Shown here piece after piece: positions 10,434 through 22,489 of a stretch of DNA of 64,000 nucleotides (its first letter is position 1; every line of letters begins with the position of its first letter). Under the pieces are notes generated by a model. That model worked only from the letters and a program-made list of their open reading frames with translations. It did no database searches and had not been told where the DNA came from. The DNA comes from Chiloscyllium plagiosum (lineage: Eukaryota): contig NC_057719.1 in assembly GCF_004010195.1 (NCBI RefSeq), forward strand, positions 5,265,029 through 5,329,028. Direction: 5' to 3'. The position numbers and the translations under genes were made by a program.

Positions 10434-13400
10434 TCTGATGGTGCTCCTCCTTTAACAAGGTTAGGTTGTCCTTGGGTTTTTTTTTCAGAGAGGTCATAAA
10501 GACAGGGTCTCTGTTTTGTCTGTGTTTACCTATTTGAAGAAACATTTTAAATAAAAACAAACACTTGTACAATGAAAGTGGAGTGGTCACTTCTCTCAGC
10601 TCAGCTTTACTCGGATTTGGTATGGTTTGATTTGGGTTTAGTAGTCTGGCAGTTCAGAGCAAGCAGTCAGTTTTGAGGTTGCTGCTCGAGGAAACAGCTC
10701 TATGGAAGAAAGTGTTCCATGCTGAATCTCTCTGCCATCTCTCTCTCCTCTGTAAGACCCTGTGTTTGATTTTACCTTTTTTGCCAAGGGGCGTTTCCGA
10801 GGATTGTTGCAAGTATTTAGAACAGCATCATTAAATTGGGATAATCTGTTGGATTTTTGGATAAATTAAGTTATTCTGTATTCTGTTCTCTTTTGTTTGT
10901 GTTTCATTTGGTACTTTGTGAATAAATTATGTTTTGTTTAAAAGTGAGGGGTTTTGACCAGCTGTGTCACTCCTGGAATATCCATTTTACACCTGCTCAA
11001 AGCAACTCGAAAGGTTAGGGTCTGGGCGACCTTCTTGCACTGTTTTGAAGGAGTCTGCCCTGGTCCACAACAGATTGGGAGTTTGAGATTTGTTTTATAA
11101 TTCTGATTTGGGATTAGGTTTGCTGGACTCAAAAGCAGAGAGTAGTAGGTGTTCATGTCTTTTGTTCTGGATGTTGAATTCTATTGGTTTAAACAATGCT
11201 GGGGATAGCAATGGCTCTTTCAGTTACTAAGAGTCTTCTGGGGGCGGAAGAAGTGACTTTGGGGACCTTAGAAAAGGTAAGTAAGGCCAAGCTGCTGGGA
11301 TTAGCCGACAATCTGGAGTTGGATCTGCCTCCTTCCATCAGAAAAGGAGAGATAATTACAGCAATAGCTCAGTGTTTTAAATTGCTGAAAACACCACCAG
11401 AATCTTTGGAGGTGGGTAAAATTCAATTAAAAATGAAGCAGTTTGAGTTAGCGGCAAAAGACAAGGACAGAGTAAAAGAAATGAAACTGTTTGAATTATG
11501 ATTAAAAGCTGAGGAAAGAGAAAAAGAATGAAAGACCCCAGCAGAATAAATAAAAAGTGGAAGAGAGAGAGAAAAGGAGAGAGAGGAAAGTAAGAAAGAG
11601 AGAGTGTTTGAACTTCAGAAACTGGCACTTAGACAGGAAAGTCAATTTAAATGGATGGGGATGAAGACTGAACATAAGCTCAGTGAGGAAGAGAGTGAGG
11701 ATGAGCAAACCCATGGGAACCAAAGGCCTGGTGAGAAACTGTTTAAATATATTCATGCATTGCCTAAATTTGATGAGAAGAAACCAGAAGCCTTTATCAT
11801 CTCATTTGAGAAGGTGGCTAAATAAATGCAGTGGCCAGTGATTATGTGGGTTTTGTTGATCCAAACAAAACTTGTATGTAGAGCTCGTGAGGTCACATCA
11901 CCATCAGAGGAGGTATCTGGGGTGTGTGAGAAGGTGAAGAAAGCCAGTTGAAGTGCATATGAGCTTGTACCAGAAGCCTACAGACAACGTTTCAAGAATT
12001 TAAGGAGGGACTCTGGTTGAAAGGATCAAAGAAAGTAATTTTGATCTGTGGATAAGGGCATTCAAACCAGAGCAAACCTATAACACTCTTACAGAGACAA
12101 TTATTTTGGAGGAGTTCAAAAATTCACTTCCTGAAATAGTGATAACTCTTCCACAAGAGCAGAGAGTTAAAACAATAAGATTAGCAGCTGAAATGGCTGA
12201 TGATTATGAGTTGGTTCATAAATCACTGTTTGGCTTCAACATCAATTTCAATCCACCAGGGATAGAAACTGGGGGGAAGGTGGATCTCGGTGAAGATCAC
12301 AAGGATAACTTACCACAGGGTAAAAGAGAAACCCTTGAAGGGAAAAGAGAGGTTAAAAAGCTCTGGTGTTTTCACTGCAATAAGATAGGCCGCATGAAAT
12401 CAGTATTGGTGCATGAGAAAAAGCACTGGGAAGAGAGATGTAGGAAAACAGATAAGCCAGTGAATTTTGTTGGAGGGTAACGGAAAGCACAGTGGAGGGT
12501 AAAAAGCTGCACCAGAATGTACAACTGGTTGGAGATTGGTTAAGGAGGAAGTGCCAGATCTTTTCAAACCATATACCTGCAAAGGGTATAGACCAGGAGC
12601 AGCAGGTAAAGAGGTTTCAATATTACGAGATACAGGATTCTTTCAATCTTTGATGTTGAAAGATGAGGCGACATGTACCTCTGAAGGACTATTGCCAGAA
12701 AAAGTGCCAGTAACAGGAATTCACGCTGAGACCATAAGCGCTCAGTTATATAGAGTGAAGTTAGGGTTTCCAGTGAAATGTGGGGAAGTCATGGTTGGAG
12801 GACTGGACAAACTCTCAGCTGTGGGAATACAATTTGTCCTTGCTAATGATATCGCTGGTTCACAGGTAGAAATGTTGTCTGCTGTGTTTGAAAAGCCAGT
12901 GGAAACTCGGGCTATTGCAGGACACACATCCTGGGATTTTTTTGTGACTGTGTGGTAATGAGGTCACCAAGTCACCAGTGGAAACAGGAGAGATCAAAGA
13001 ATACAGATAAGAAGGCTGAAGTGGAATTACCAAAGACCCTGTGTGATCAAATGGTTGTCACAAAACAGGAGCAGATAGGTGACAAAGCAGATGTCCTTAG
13101 TTCAGGAAAACAGCAGAAGCAGGAGAAACTAAACCAACTGTATCAAAAAGCAGACACAGAAGAAGAATCTAAATGTATCCCGGTGTGCTCTTAGCTTAAA
13201 ATGATGTCTTAAAGAAGAAATGGAGACCATCACATATTCAGATAGATGAGAAATGGGCAGATGTTCATCAAGTCATGTTGCCAGTGGGTTATAGAAAGGA
13301 GGTGTTTCAGGTGAGGAATGAACTACCAATAGGGGATCATTTATGTGTAAGGAAAACCCAAGCTAAAATACAACATTTTTACTGGCCTGGAGTGCACAAG

Positions 13401-15958
13401 GGTGTAGTAGAATTTTTGCCAGACATGTCATACATGTCAGATAATTGGAAAACCACAGGAGTTAATAAAACCCACACCTTTAATACTATTCCTGCATTTG
13501 AGGAACCTTTTATAACAGTCTTAATTTGATTGCAAAGGACCCCTCTATGAGAGAAATTGGGAATCAGTATTTGTTAACAATAATGGTTGTGTCTGCTAGA
13601 CTTCCAGAGGCCATTCCATTATGCAAAACGATTGTAGAGGAGTTACTCAAATGTTTCACTACATATGGACTACCCACTGAGGGACAATCAGATCAAGGGT
13701 CAAACATCACATCAAAATTATTCAAGGAAATTATGGACACCTTAGGAATAAAACATTTCAAATCTACTGCATACCATCCAGAATCGCAGGGAGTGCTATA
13801 AAAGTGGCATCAGACATGAGACACCATGTTGAGGACATATAGTTAAGACTATCCCGATGATTGTTTGTACTTTTTGCGATCAGAGATGCATCAAATGAAT
13901 CAACCAAGTTCAGTCCATTTGAATTAGTTTTTGGGCATGAAGTGAGAGGATGCTAAAATTGATTAAGGAGAAATTTCTAAGTCAAAATTCAGAAATAACA
14001 TATTTGGACTAATGTGTAAGAATTTAGGGAATGATTAAATAGAGTGGGGGAGTTGGCTAGACAGCATTTAAAGTATCACAGCGTACAATGAAACAAGAAG
14101 CAGACAAGAAATCAAAACTCATAATTTTGCTATCAGAGATACTTCCAGTGATGGCTCAACCTTTAAAAGCAAGGTTTAGTGGATCTTATCAAGTCAAAAG
14201 AAGATAGAGTGAGGTGAACTATTGTATCAGGACTCCAGACACAAAGACATCTCACAGAGTTGTCACGTGAATATGCTGAATAAGTATTTTGATAGGGAAG
14301 GAAAGTCAAAGAAGATTGTGTCATTGGTTACAACACAGAGTGAAGAATTAAGTTCAGAGCATTCTGAATTTGAAATTCCTCAAATTACATTGGACAATGA
14401 GGAAGTTGTCAAAAATTGTGATAAGTTATTGCCTTACCTTCCAGAGGAAAATCAGAATGAACTGAAATAATTATTACTACTGCATGGGGAGATGTGTGGA
14501 AATAAGTGATTTTGCCAATGCCCAAGTCACTTTCCTGGGCCATATTGTTGGACATAGACAAATGGTCCCACGGGATGCAAAAACAAAGGGAATTGGGGAG
14601 TTTCCCAGATCATCGACAAAGAAAGCTGTACTACAATTCCTGAAATTGAGTGGATTTTATCAAAGATTTGTACCAACCATTAGCAGTGTGGCTGCTCCAC
14701 TCACTGAATTACTAAAGAAATGCAAGACGTTTCAGTGGACAGGAATCTGACAGTCTGAAAGTTGCCCCAGTATTGCCACGTCTAATTAGGCAAAACCATT
14801 CAAGGTGGTTATCGATGTGTGTAGATTGGTGCTGTGCTCTTACAGGAAGACGATGAGAAGATAGAAAGACCTACAGATATTTGTCCAGGAAATTGAACAT
14901 TTATCAGCAGAAATACTCAACAGTTGAGAAGGAGACTTTGAGCTTGGTGTTGGCATTACAACATTTCTATGTTTCTCTTACCAGTAATGTATCTGAGATA
15001 ATCATATACACTGATCATAATGCATTGAAATTTGTGGAGAAATTTAAGGATAAGAATTCCAGACTGTTTAAGTGGAGCTTGTTGTTACAGCCATTCCATT
15101 TGACAATTGCGCATGTGGCTGGACAAGGAAACATGATTGCTGACACATTGTCGAGACTGGGATGAGGTAGGGAGGTGTTTGATGGTGGGAGTAAAACAGA
15201 CTGTAATATATTTTAGTGTGCATGTTTGCATGATTTTATATATATATGTGGTAGTCTACTAACAGTGTAGGTTTAAAGGGTTTTAAAATGAAGTCATCTT
15301 TAAATATTGATGGTTCAATATTTTATGGGGGGAGGGTGTAATGATGCTGCTCCTTTAACAAGGTAGGTTGTCCCTGGGTGTTTTTTCAGAGGGGTTGTAA
15401 ATACAAAGGGTCCGTTTTGACTGCATTTATCTATTTGCAGAAGCTTTTAAATAAAAAAAACTTGCACAAAGAAAGTGGAGTGGTCAGTTCTCCCAGCTCA
15501 GTTATACTCTGGTTTGGTTTGAGCAGTCTGGCTATTCAGAGCAAGCAGTCAGTCAGTTTTGAGGTTGCTGCTGAAAGATACAGCTCCATGGAAGAAAGTG
15601 TTCCATGCTGAATCTCTCTGCCATCTCTCTCTCTGCTGTAAGACTCTGTGGTTGATTTTATCTTTTTTGCCAAGGGGTGTTTACAGCGATTGTTGCAAGT
15701 ATTTGGAACAGCGGTAGTAGATTGAGATAATCTGTTGGGTTTTCAGCTAGGTGATGTTACTCTGTTTTCTGCTCTCTTTTCTTTGTGTTTCATTCAGTAT
15801 TCTGTGAATACATTGTGTTTTGTCTAAAATCGAGGAGTTTTGACCAGCTGCATCCCTCCTGGAATATTCACTTTACACCTGCTCAAAACAACGAGTAAAG
15901 TTAGAGTCTGGGCTACCTTCTTGAAATGTTTTGAGAAGGCCTGGCCTGGTCTATAACA
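10434..15958 (+). mobile_element. Gmr1-type Ty3/Gypsy LTR retrotransposon, decayed (LTRs 10434-11072 and 15337-15958)
   Basis: Direct LTRs, a PPT before 15337 and an imperfect 4-bp TSD AGAC/AGTC. Domain order: gag (LPKFDEK..PEAYRQRF, CFHCNKIG knuckle), protease LRDTG (~12625), integrase (HFYWPG, SDQGSN, TAYHPESQG; 13275-13800), RT remnant FLGHIVG (~14530), RNase H YSTVEKE..YTDHN (14881-15165). Many stops. Confidence 0.92.
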
Positions 15959-16530
15959 AGTCTTTACAGGGAGCAGGGTGTGAGGATGTATGGTCAAGAA
16001 AACAGTGGGAATCAGTGGGTTTGTAATGGATATCTCTGGCCAGCCTATCCCCAGATATGGAATCAGAGACATCAAGAAAGGGAGGAGAGGAGTCAAAGAT
16101 GGACCAGGTATAGGTGAGAGTGGGCTGGAAATTAGAAGCGAAATAAATTTTGCCAAATCCAGACAAGCAAGGGAAGTATCACCGATGACATCATTGATGT
16201 ATCAGAGATTGAGCTTTGGGTGGTGGGGGGACGGTGTTTGTGTGTGTGTGGCTGGAGTAGGACAGAAACAAGGAATGTTCCATGTACTCCTTAATGAAAC
16301 ACTCATACCTGGGTCCCACGTAGATGTCCATGGCCACCTCTTTGATTTACGTAAAGTGAAAGGAGTTAAAGGAGAAGTTGTTCAAAGTGAGGATGAGCTG
16401 GGCAAGGCAGATGAGGGTGTTGGGGAATGGGCACAATTTGGGCCTGGTTTGCAGGAAGAAGAGGAGAGCCCTGAGACCATCCTGATGGGGGAATGGATGT
16501 GTAATGGGATTGCATGTCTCTGGTGAAGAG
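15959..16530 (-). mobile_element. Penelope-like element, RT part (continuation of 9245-10433)
   Basis: LICLAQLILTLNNFSFNS and IHYKPTDSH motifs. Confidence 0.85.
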
Positions 16531-16855
16531 GAGGCAGCTGGAGCCTGTGAACTGGAAATTCTCCAACTGACATGAAATGTCAGAAGAACCGTGAATGTAA
16601 ATGGAAAATGAAAATGCAAGTTCCACTCCAAGCCATTCACCATCCTGACTTGGAAATATATCACCATTCTTTCACTCTCACTGGGTCAAAATCCTGGAAT
16701 TCCCTCGCTCAGGGTATTGTGAGTTTAGCCACAGCTCATGGACTGCCACAGTTCAAGAAAGCAGCTCAACACCATCTTCTCAAGGGCAATTAGAGATGGA
16801 CAATAAACACTGGCCCAGCCAGTAATAGCCATGCCTCATGAGTGAATAAATAAAG
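16530..16855 (+). mobile_element. Old LINE-type 3' end fragment
   Basis: GSKSWNSL..GL.QFKKAAxHHLLKG followed by a gggcaattagagatgg..aataaa tail. Related decayed copies at ~9110-9245, 17750-18145 and 58960-59240. Confidence 0.6.
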
Positions 16856-17298
16856 GGACTGGCAACATTTGTGGAGAGAAAGCAGAGCTAAATTTCGAGT
16901 CCAGTGACCCTTCTTCAAAATTTATTCTCCCAGTTTCTCTGTATCTGTTGCATCTGTTCTGACAATGCCACCTTCCACAGAGGCTCTCACAAATGTCCAC
17001 CTTTTTTCTCAACCAAGGATCCCCAGGGCCATACCTAACCCATTTCCCACACTTTGCAGGGGGCATTTCACATGTGGTCAGGTGGTCACAAGCCACTGAC
17101 CATCTGCAACAGTCCCCATTCCAACAACCATTCCTGCTCTGCTTGTGCAGAGGATCAGAGTGATTTTATTGCAGTAGGGAGTGAATTGCATGTTTGCAGG
17201 GAGACACTGAGAGAGGGAATGGTGAGACTGGGAAGAGGTTTGGAACATGGATTGGAAATTGAAATGGAGCTGTTGGGGAATTGGCTGAGGGTTCTTTT

Positions 17299-17599
17299 TT
17301 AGATTAGATTACTTACAGCAAGGAAACAGGCCCTTCATCCCAACAAGTCCACACCGACCCGCCAAAGAGCAACCCCACCCAGACCCATTCCGCTACATTT
17401 ACCCCTTCACCTAACACTACGGGCAATTAAGCATGGCCAATTCACCTCACCTGCACATTTTTGGACTGTGGGAGGAAACCCACGCAGACACGGGTAGAAT
17501 GTGCAAATTCCATACAGAGAGTCACCTGAGGCAGGAATTGAACCCGGGTCTCTGGCGCTGTGAGGCAGCAGTGCTAACCACTGTGCCACCGTGCTGCCC
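17299..17599 (-). mobile_element. HE1-type SINE
   Basis: Same family; absent from the paralogous sites at ~42840 and ~57420. Confidence 0.92.
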
Positions 17600-18344
17600 T
17601 AATGATGAATGGGATACAGGTAATGGGTGGGTCAGTGCAGTCAGGGAGAGACCATGAGCAGCAGGAACATGCATGCCCACTCTGTCCCTCTGGTACCATC
17701 CAGCCCACTCTTTAAGACATGGCATCAAGTAGCAGTGAGCCCCTGCTTCATCATTCCAGCAATGTGCACTGACCACAGGACACACTGCAGAAACTTAACA
17801 AGTTTAACATCACCTACACATACCCAAACCCTACCACCCAGATGGACAATGGCAGCAGATACTTGGGAACACCACCACATGCAAGGTTGCCCCCACACCA
17901 AACACCATCCTGGCTTGGAAATACACTGCCATGCCTAATCACAACTACCAACAGATCAGCCAGTGGAATGAGCTGGGAATCTATCTCTGTCATGACATTC
18001 CTTCAGTTTTGCTGGGTCAAAATCCTGGATATCTCTCTGCAACAATCCTTTGAGTGTAATTATCTACAGGAGTTCAAGAAGGCAGTTTACTATCACCTTC
18101 TCCAGGGCATTTGGACCAGCCTCAGTACTAATGCTGATGTCTGAACAAAAAATAAGAAAAAAAGTCATGTCACTGAAGAGGCTGAGAAATGATTCAAAAC
18201 ACAGTTTGAAATTTTGAAAAATTGCAATGCTAATGTGGAAAGAACATATGAATGAGGCAGATTCTCTGGAATTTTCACACAGCTGACACTGGCACTGTGA
18301 ACATATGCCCTTTTTGTCTGCTTTACCTTTCATGATGATATTGT

Positions 18345-18372
18345 TTAACATATTCTCTGCTTTTACCCCTAG
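18345..18372 (+). promoter_or_regulatory. Probable splice acceptor of the GPCR paralog 1 coding exon
   Basis: Pyrimidine tract ttctctgcttttacccctAG, ~120 nt upstream of the start position; a homologous site is present in paralog 2. Confidence 0.6.
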
Positions 18373-18492
18373 GGAGACATATTTCAGGGAAGAAGTATTA
18401 AATACAAAATTATACAAAAGCTTGAGGACCGCAAACTCAGGAGCTCCTGAAAAACGTTTATTGGACAGATCATTCCAGGGTTGGATTGAACA

Positions 18493-19440
18493 ATCAGCAA
18501 CTGCAGTATCGACCACAGGATCCACCAGATCCTGTTTCCCGCCGTCTACATTGGGGTCTTCATCATTGGCCTCCCGACCAACCTGCTGTCCCTGTATCAC
18601 AGCTACCTACAGATCAGGCAGAAGAATGAGCTGGGAATCTATCTCTGTAATCTGACCATCTCAGACCTTTTGTACCTCCTTTCCTTACCTTTGTGGATTC
18701 AGTACATGCTGCAGCACGATGACTGGCAACATTCTCGGGAACTTTGCATCTTCAGCGGTCTGCTCCTCTACCAGAATATTTACATCAGTATTGGCTTCCT
18801 CTGCTTCATTGCCATTAATCGCTTCCTTGTTGTGGCTTACCCTCTGAAATTTAAATTCATACACAGCAGGAAGGCAGCTTTGCTCATCAGTATTCTCATC
18901 TGGCTCAAGGAGATAGCCGTCTGCACCATTTACATGGGCTCCAAGGTTCTCAGTAAAGACGAGGGGAATGACACCCTGTGTTTCGAACATTATCCTCTGC
19001 GCCTAAAGGACAAATATTTAAATATTTACAAACTCTCCATTGGCTTCGGTCTCCCTTTGATTTTATTCCTCTACTCTTACTTTAAACTGTTGAGGGTTGT
19101 GCAAAATCTCCGTGGGTCTGAACGACAGCGGAAATTAAGAATAAAAAAGTTAGTATCTGGGATAATCATAATTTTCCTGGTTTGCTTTGCCCCTTATCAC
19201 ATTTTCCTGATGGTCCGAAGCATATTTGAGTACGACTGTCCCTTTGCTGACAGTATTTTTGAGGTTTACCATGTCGGGCTGCTGCTGATGAGCTTCAACT
19301 GTGTGGCTGACCCCATCTTGTACTGTTTTGTCTCTCCAAGTTCAAAGGGTTGGTTAGCAAGGTTTCTCAATCCTGTTAGCAAGCTCCTTTCTTGTGCAAA
19401 AAGGCAAACAATCACAGATGAAAACCTCAGTTTGAATTAA
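18493..19440 (+). CDS. GPR68/OGR1-like GPCR paralog 1; open 315-codon frame but ATG replaced by ATC (non-AUG start, young pseudogene, or base error)
   Basis: The ORF track starts at TTG 18670, but the frame is open upstream to ATC-AGC-AAC-TGC (ISNCSIDHRIHQILFP...) at 18493. This aligns to ATG-AGC-AAC-TGT of paralog 2. An in-frame TGA lies at 18487-18489. There are no frameshifts or internal stops before TAA 19438-19440. Confidence 0.85.
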   Translation: MSNCSIDHRIHQILFPAVYIGVFIIGLPTNLLSLYHSYLQIRQKNELGIYLCNLTISDLLYLLSLPLWIQYMLQHDDWQHSRELCIFSGLLLYQNIYISIGFLCFIAINRFLVVAYPLKFKFIHSRKAALLISILIWLKEIAVCTIYMGSKVLSKDEGNDTLCFEHYPLRLKDKYLNIYKLSIGFGLPLILFLYSYFKLLRVVQNLRGSERQRKLRIKKLVSGIIIIFLVCFAPYHIFLMVRSIFEYDCPFADSIFEVYHVGLLLMSFNCVADPILYCFVSPSSKGWLARFLNPVSKLLSCAKRQTITDENLSLN

Positions 19441-20074
19441 TATTGAACCCATCTCTCAAGCTCATTTCTCTTTGCCATTCCATCTGAATTATTTAGTTGA
19501 ACCGTTTGCATTGTAATAACGCCTTTAACATAGTAAAACATCCTCAGATATTTCACAATGATTGAATTAAACTAAATGTTGCACCAACATGGAGAGAGCT
19601 GTATAAGAAATCACAGTGAGTTTGTTGTACTGTCATTTTCAGCTCTCTGCTACTTTAAATCATTTTCACCTGTCCTTTGCCACCCAATTCCAAATTGTCA
19701 TTCCTCAGGTGTTTGGAGTGAAACACTGCAAACATTTTAAATTGATCCTTTCACTAAATTTGTTTCAACAGCTCATAGCACATGTCTGAGATAGGTGGGA
19801 CTTGAACCTCAAACGTCTGATCCAGAAATAGGTCATTGCTACTGCATAACCAGAACTAGCTCCAGCCCCATTATCACTGAAATGTCTCCAACACTATTGA
19901 GGGAGACAAGGTGAATGGCCATTGATGAGTGGAGCAAGCCTGAGTTTGCAGCTCCCTCTCCTGGCAGTTCTGAAAACTGCAGGCAATGTGAGCAGTGTCA
20001 CAATCACTGATTTGTATTCTCATCTTTATAAACATTGCAGGAGGCCAGTATAAAGTTGGTATCAGCATATATCA

Positions 20075-21820
20075 ACTTATGAGGGGTTCAGGTACATAAT
20101 TCTTTGAAGTTTGCATCACATATATATAGGATGGTTAAGAAGGCATTTTGCACACTTGCCTTCATTGCTCAGATCTTTGAGGATAGGAATTGGGACGTTA
20201 TGTTAAAGTTGTACAGGATGTTGGTGAGGCCTCTTCTAGAGTGATGTGTGCAGTTCTGGATGCTCTGTTACAAGAAGGATTTTATTAAGCTGGAGAGTGG
20301 TCAGAAGAGATTTACCAGGATGTTGCCGGGTATGGAGGGTTTGAGTTTTAAGGAGAGGCTGGATAGGTTGGCACATTTTTAACTGGAGCGTAGGAGGTTC
20401 AGGGGCAACTGTTTAGAGCTTTATAAAATAATGAGAAGTATCGATAAGGTGAATGGGGTGGTGTCTTTTCCCTAGGGTAAGGGATTTCAAATCTAAGGGA
20501 CATAGTCATAGAGTCATAGAGATGTACAGCATGGAAACAGACCCTTTGGTCCAAACTGTCCATGCTAACCACATATCCCATCCCAATCTAGTCCCACATG
20601 CCAGCACCTGGCCTTCAAACCCTTCCTATTCATATACCCATCCAAATGCCTCTTAAATGTTGCCATTGTACCAGCCTCCACCACTTCCTCTGGCAGCTCA
20701 TTCCATACACATACCACCATCTGTGTGAAAAAGTTACCCCTTAGGTCTCTTTAATATTTTTCCCCTCTCACCTTAAACCTATGCCCTCTAGTTTTGGACT
20801 CACCGACTCGAGGGAAAAGACTTTGCCTATTTACCCTATCCATGCCCCTCATAATTTTGTAAACCTCTATAAGGTCACCCCTCAGCCTCCAATACTCTAG
20901 GGATAACAGCCCCAGCCTGTTCAGCCTCTCCCTATCGCTCAAATCCTCCAACCCTGGCAACATCCTTGTAAGTCTTTTCTGAACCCTTTCAAGTTTCACA
21001 ACATTTGTCCGATAGGAAGGAGATCAGAATTGCACGCAATATTCCAACAGTGGCCTAACCAATGTCCTGTACAGCCGCAACATGACCTCCCAACTCCTGT
21101 ACTCAATACTCTAACCAATAAAAAAAATATACCAAATGCCTTCTTCACTACCCTAGCTACCTGCGACTCCACTTTCAAGGAGCTATGAACCTGCACTCCA
21201 AGGTCTCTTTGTTCAGCAACACTCCCTCGGACCTTACCATTAAGTGTATGAGTCCTGCTAAGATTTGCTTTCCCAAAATGCAGCACCTTGCATTTATCTG
21301 AATTAAACTCCATCTGCCAATTCTCAGCCCATTGGCCCATCTGGTCCAGATTCTGTTGTAATCTGAGGTAACCCTCTTCGCTGTCCACTACACCTCCAAT
21401 TTTGGTGTCATCTGCAAACTTACTAACTGTACCTCTTATGCTTGCATCCAAATCATTTATATAAATGATGAAAAGTAGAGGACCCAGCACCAATCCTTGT
21501 GGCACTCCACTGGTCACAGGCCTCCAGTCTGAAAAACAACCCTACACCCATATTATTAACGTGAGAGGTGAAAGATTTTAAAAAGACATGGGGACAATTG
21601 TTTACACAGAGAGTGGTTTGTGTGGAATGAACTACTAGAGGAAGTAGTGGATGCAGTTACAACATTTAAAGGACATTTAGATAAGTACATGAATAAGAAA
21701 TGTTTGGAGGGATATGGGCCAAGCACAGGCAGATGAGACTACTTTAGTTTGGGAAAGTGGTTGTCAATGACTATTTGGACTGAAGGGTCTATTTCCACAC
21801 TGTATAACTATGACTCTATG
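20075..21820 (+). mobile_element. CR1-type LINE 3' part, interrupted by an opposite-strand CR1 (20503-21548)
   Basis: CR1 ORF2 C-terminal sequence at 20075-20502 resumes at ~21550 and ends in a ctatgactctatga tail. Confidence 0.85.
20503..21548 (-). mobile_element. CR1/HER1-type LINE, 5'-truncated
   Basis: SGVPQGxVLGPLLFxIYINDL, KFADDTK, LERVQKR; (ctctatga)n tail. Confidence 0.93.
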
Positions 21821-22489
21821 AGTACTTATTTTGTTGTGCATGTTTATATTATTATTATTATTCATTCATGGGATGTAAGCACCTCTGATGTTTTGTTTCA
21901 ACTGGATGTGACCACAGGAAAGGCTATCTCTATCAGCTGCCAGAGGGTGTTTGTTGGGGTATGGTTCCTTCATTGTGAGAGAAAATACCAAGTGGGAACC
22001 CTCAACTGTTAAATGAGCTGCAGCAACCACACAATGTACACTTCCACCTCCCAAAATTATTTTTTTGGCAGTAATCAGCATTTACCAGCAAAATTTGCCA
22101 ACTGAGGTTCTCAACATTAACAAATACTTGTCCCAATTTTGTGTCTTTTCTATTCAATGTTTACTTTTCCTGCTCCCATATTTCAGTCAGTGTGAGCACT
22201 CCCAATGCCTCTGAACAGTCTCCAGTGGATTCAGAATCCTCTGAACCAAGGTGAGGTGACCAGGAGTATTGATCAGGATCTGCTCACTCTATTCTGGACA
22301 TAACTGAACAAGATTACAAGTAGTTGCACCATTAACCAATCAGACACCACCACACCTTCAGCTTCTAAGTGTCTGGACTCTGAAATTTCTTCTCTAGATC
22401 TTCCTCATCTTCTTCTGTACCCCGCTAAGGTCAGGTCTGACCCACAGCTCCACCTGAGCCAGGAGGAGGGCAAGCAGGAAGGTTGTATA

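Larger units (their letters stand above)
3133..19440 (+). repeat. Segmental duplication unit A
   Basis: 3133-4770 aligns with 39913-40925. 7418-9068 aligns with 40927-42558 and 53836-57135. 17147-17700 aligns with 42697-42945 and 57274-57520. 18300-19400 aligns with 59440-60525. Confidence 0.85.

Noticed and set aside
11196..15165. Gypsy gag/pol as a domesticated (SCAN or integrase-derived) host gene
   Set aside because: Numerous stops and frameshifts, a deleted RT core and retained LTRs indicate a decaying element.
18064..18990. Antisense and alternative-frame ORFs over the GPCR exons (178 aa, 116 aa, 101 aa; also 59811-60116)
   Set aside because: Shadow frames of the GPCR coding sequence, with no independent signal.
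18670..19440. 256-aa ORF as the full product of paralog 1
   Set aside because: The TTG start is an ORF-caller artefact; GPCR homology continues in frame to 18493.
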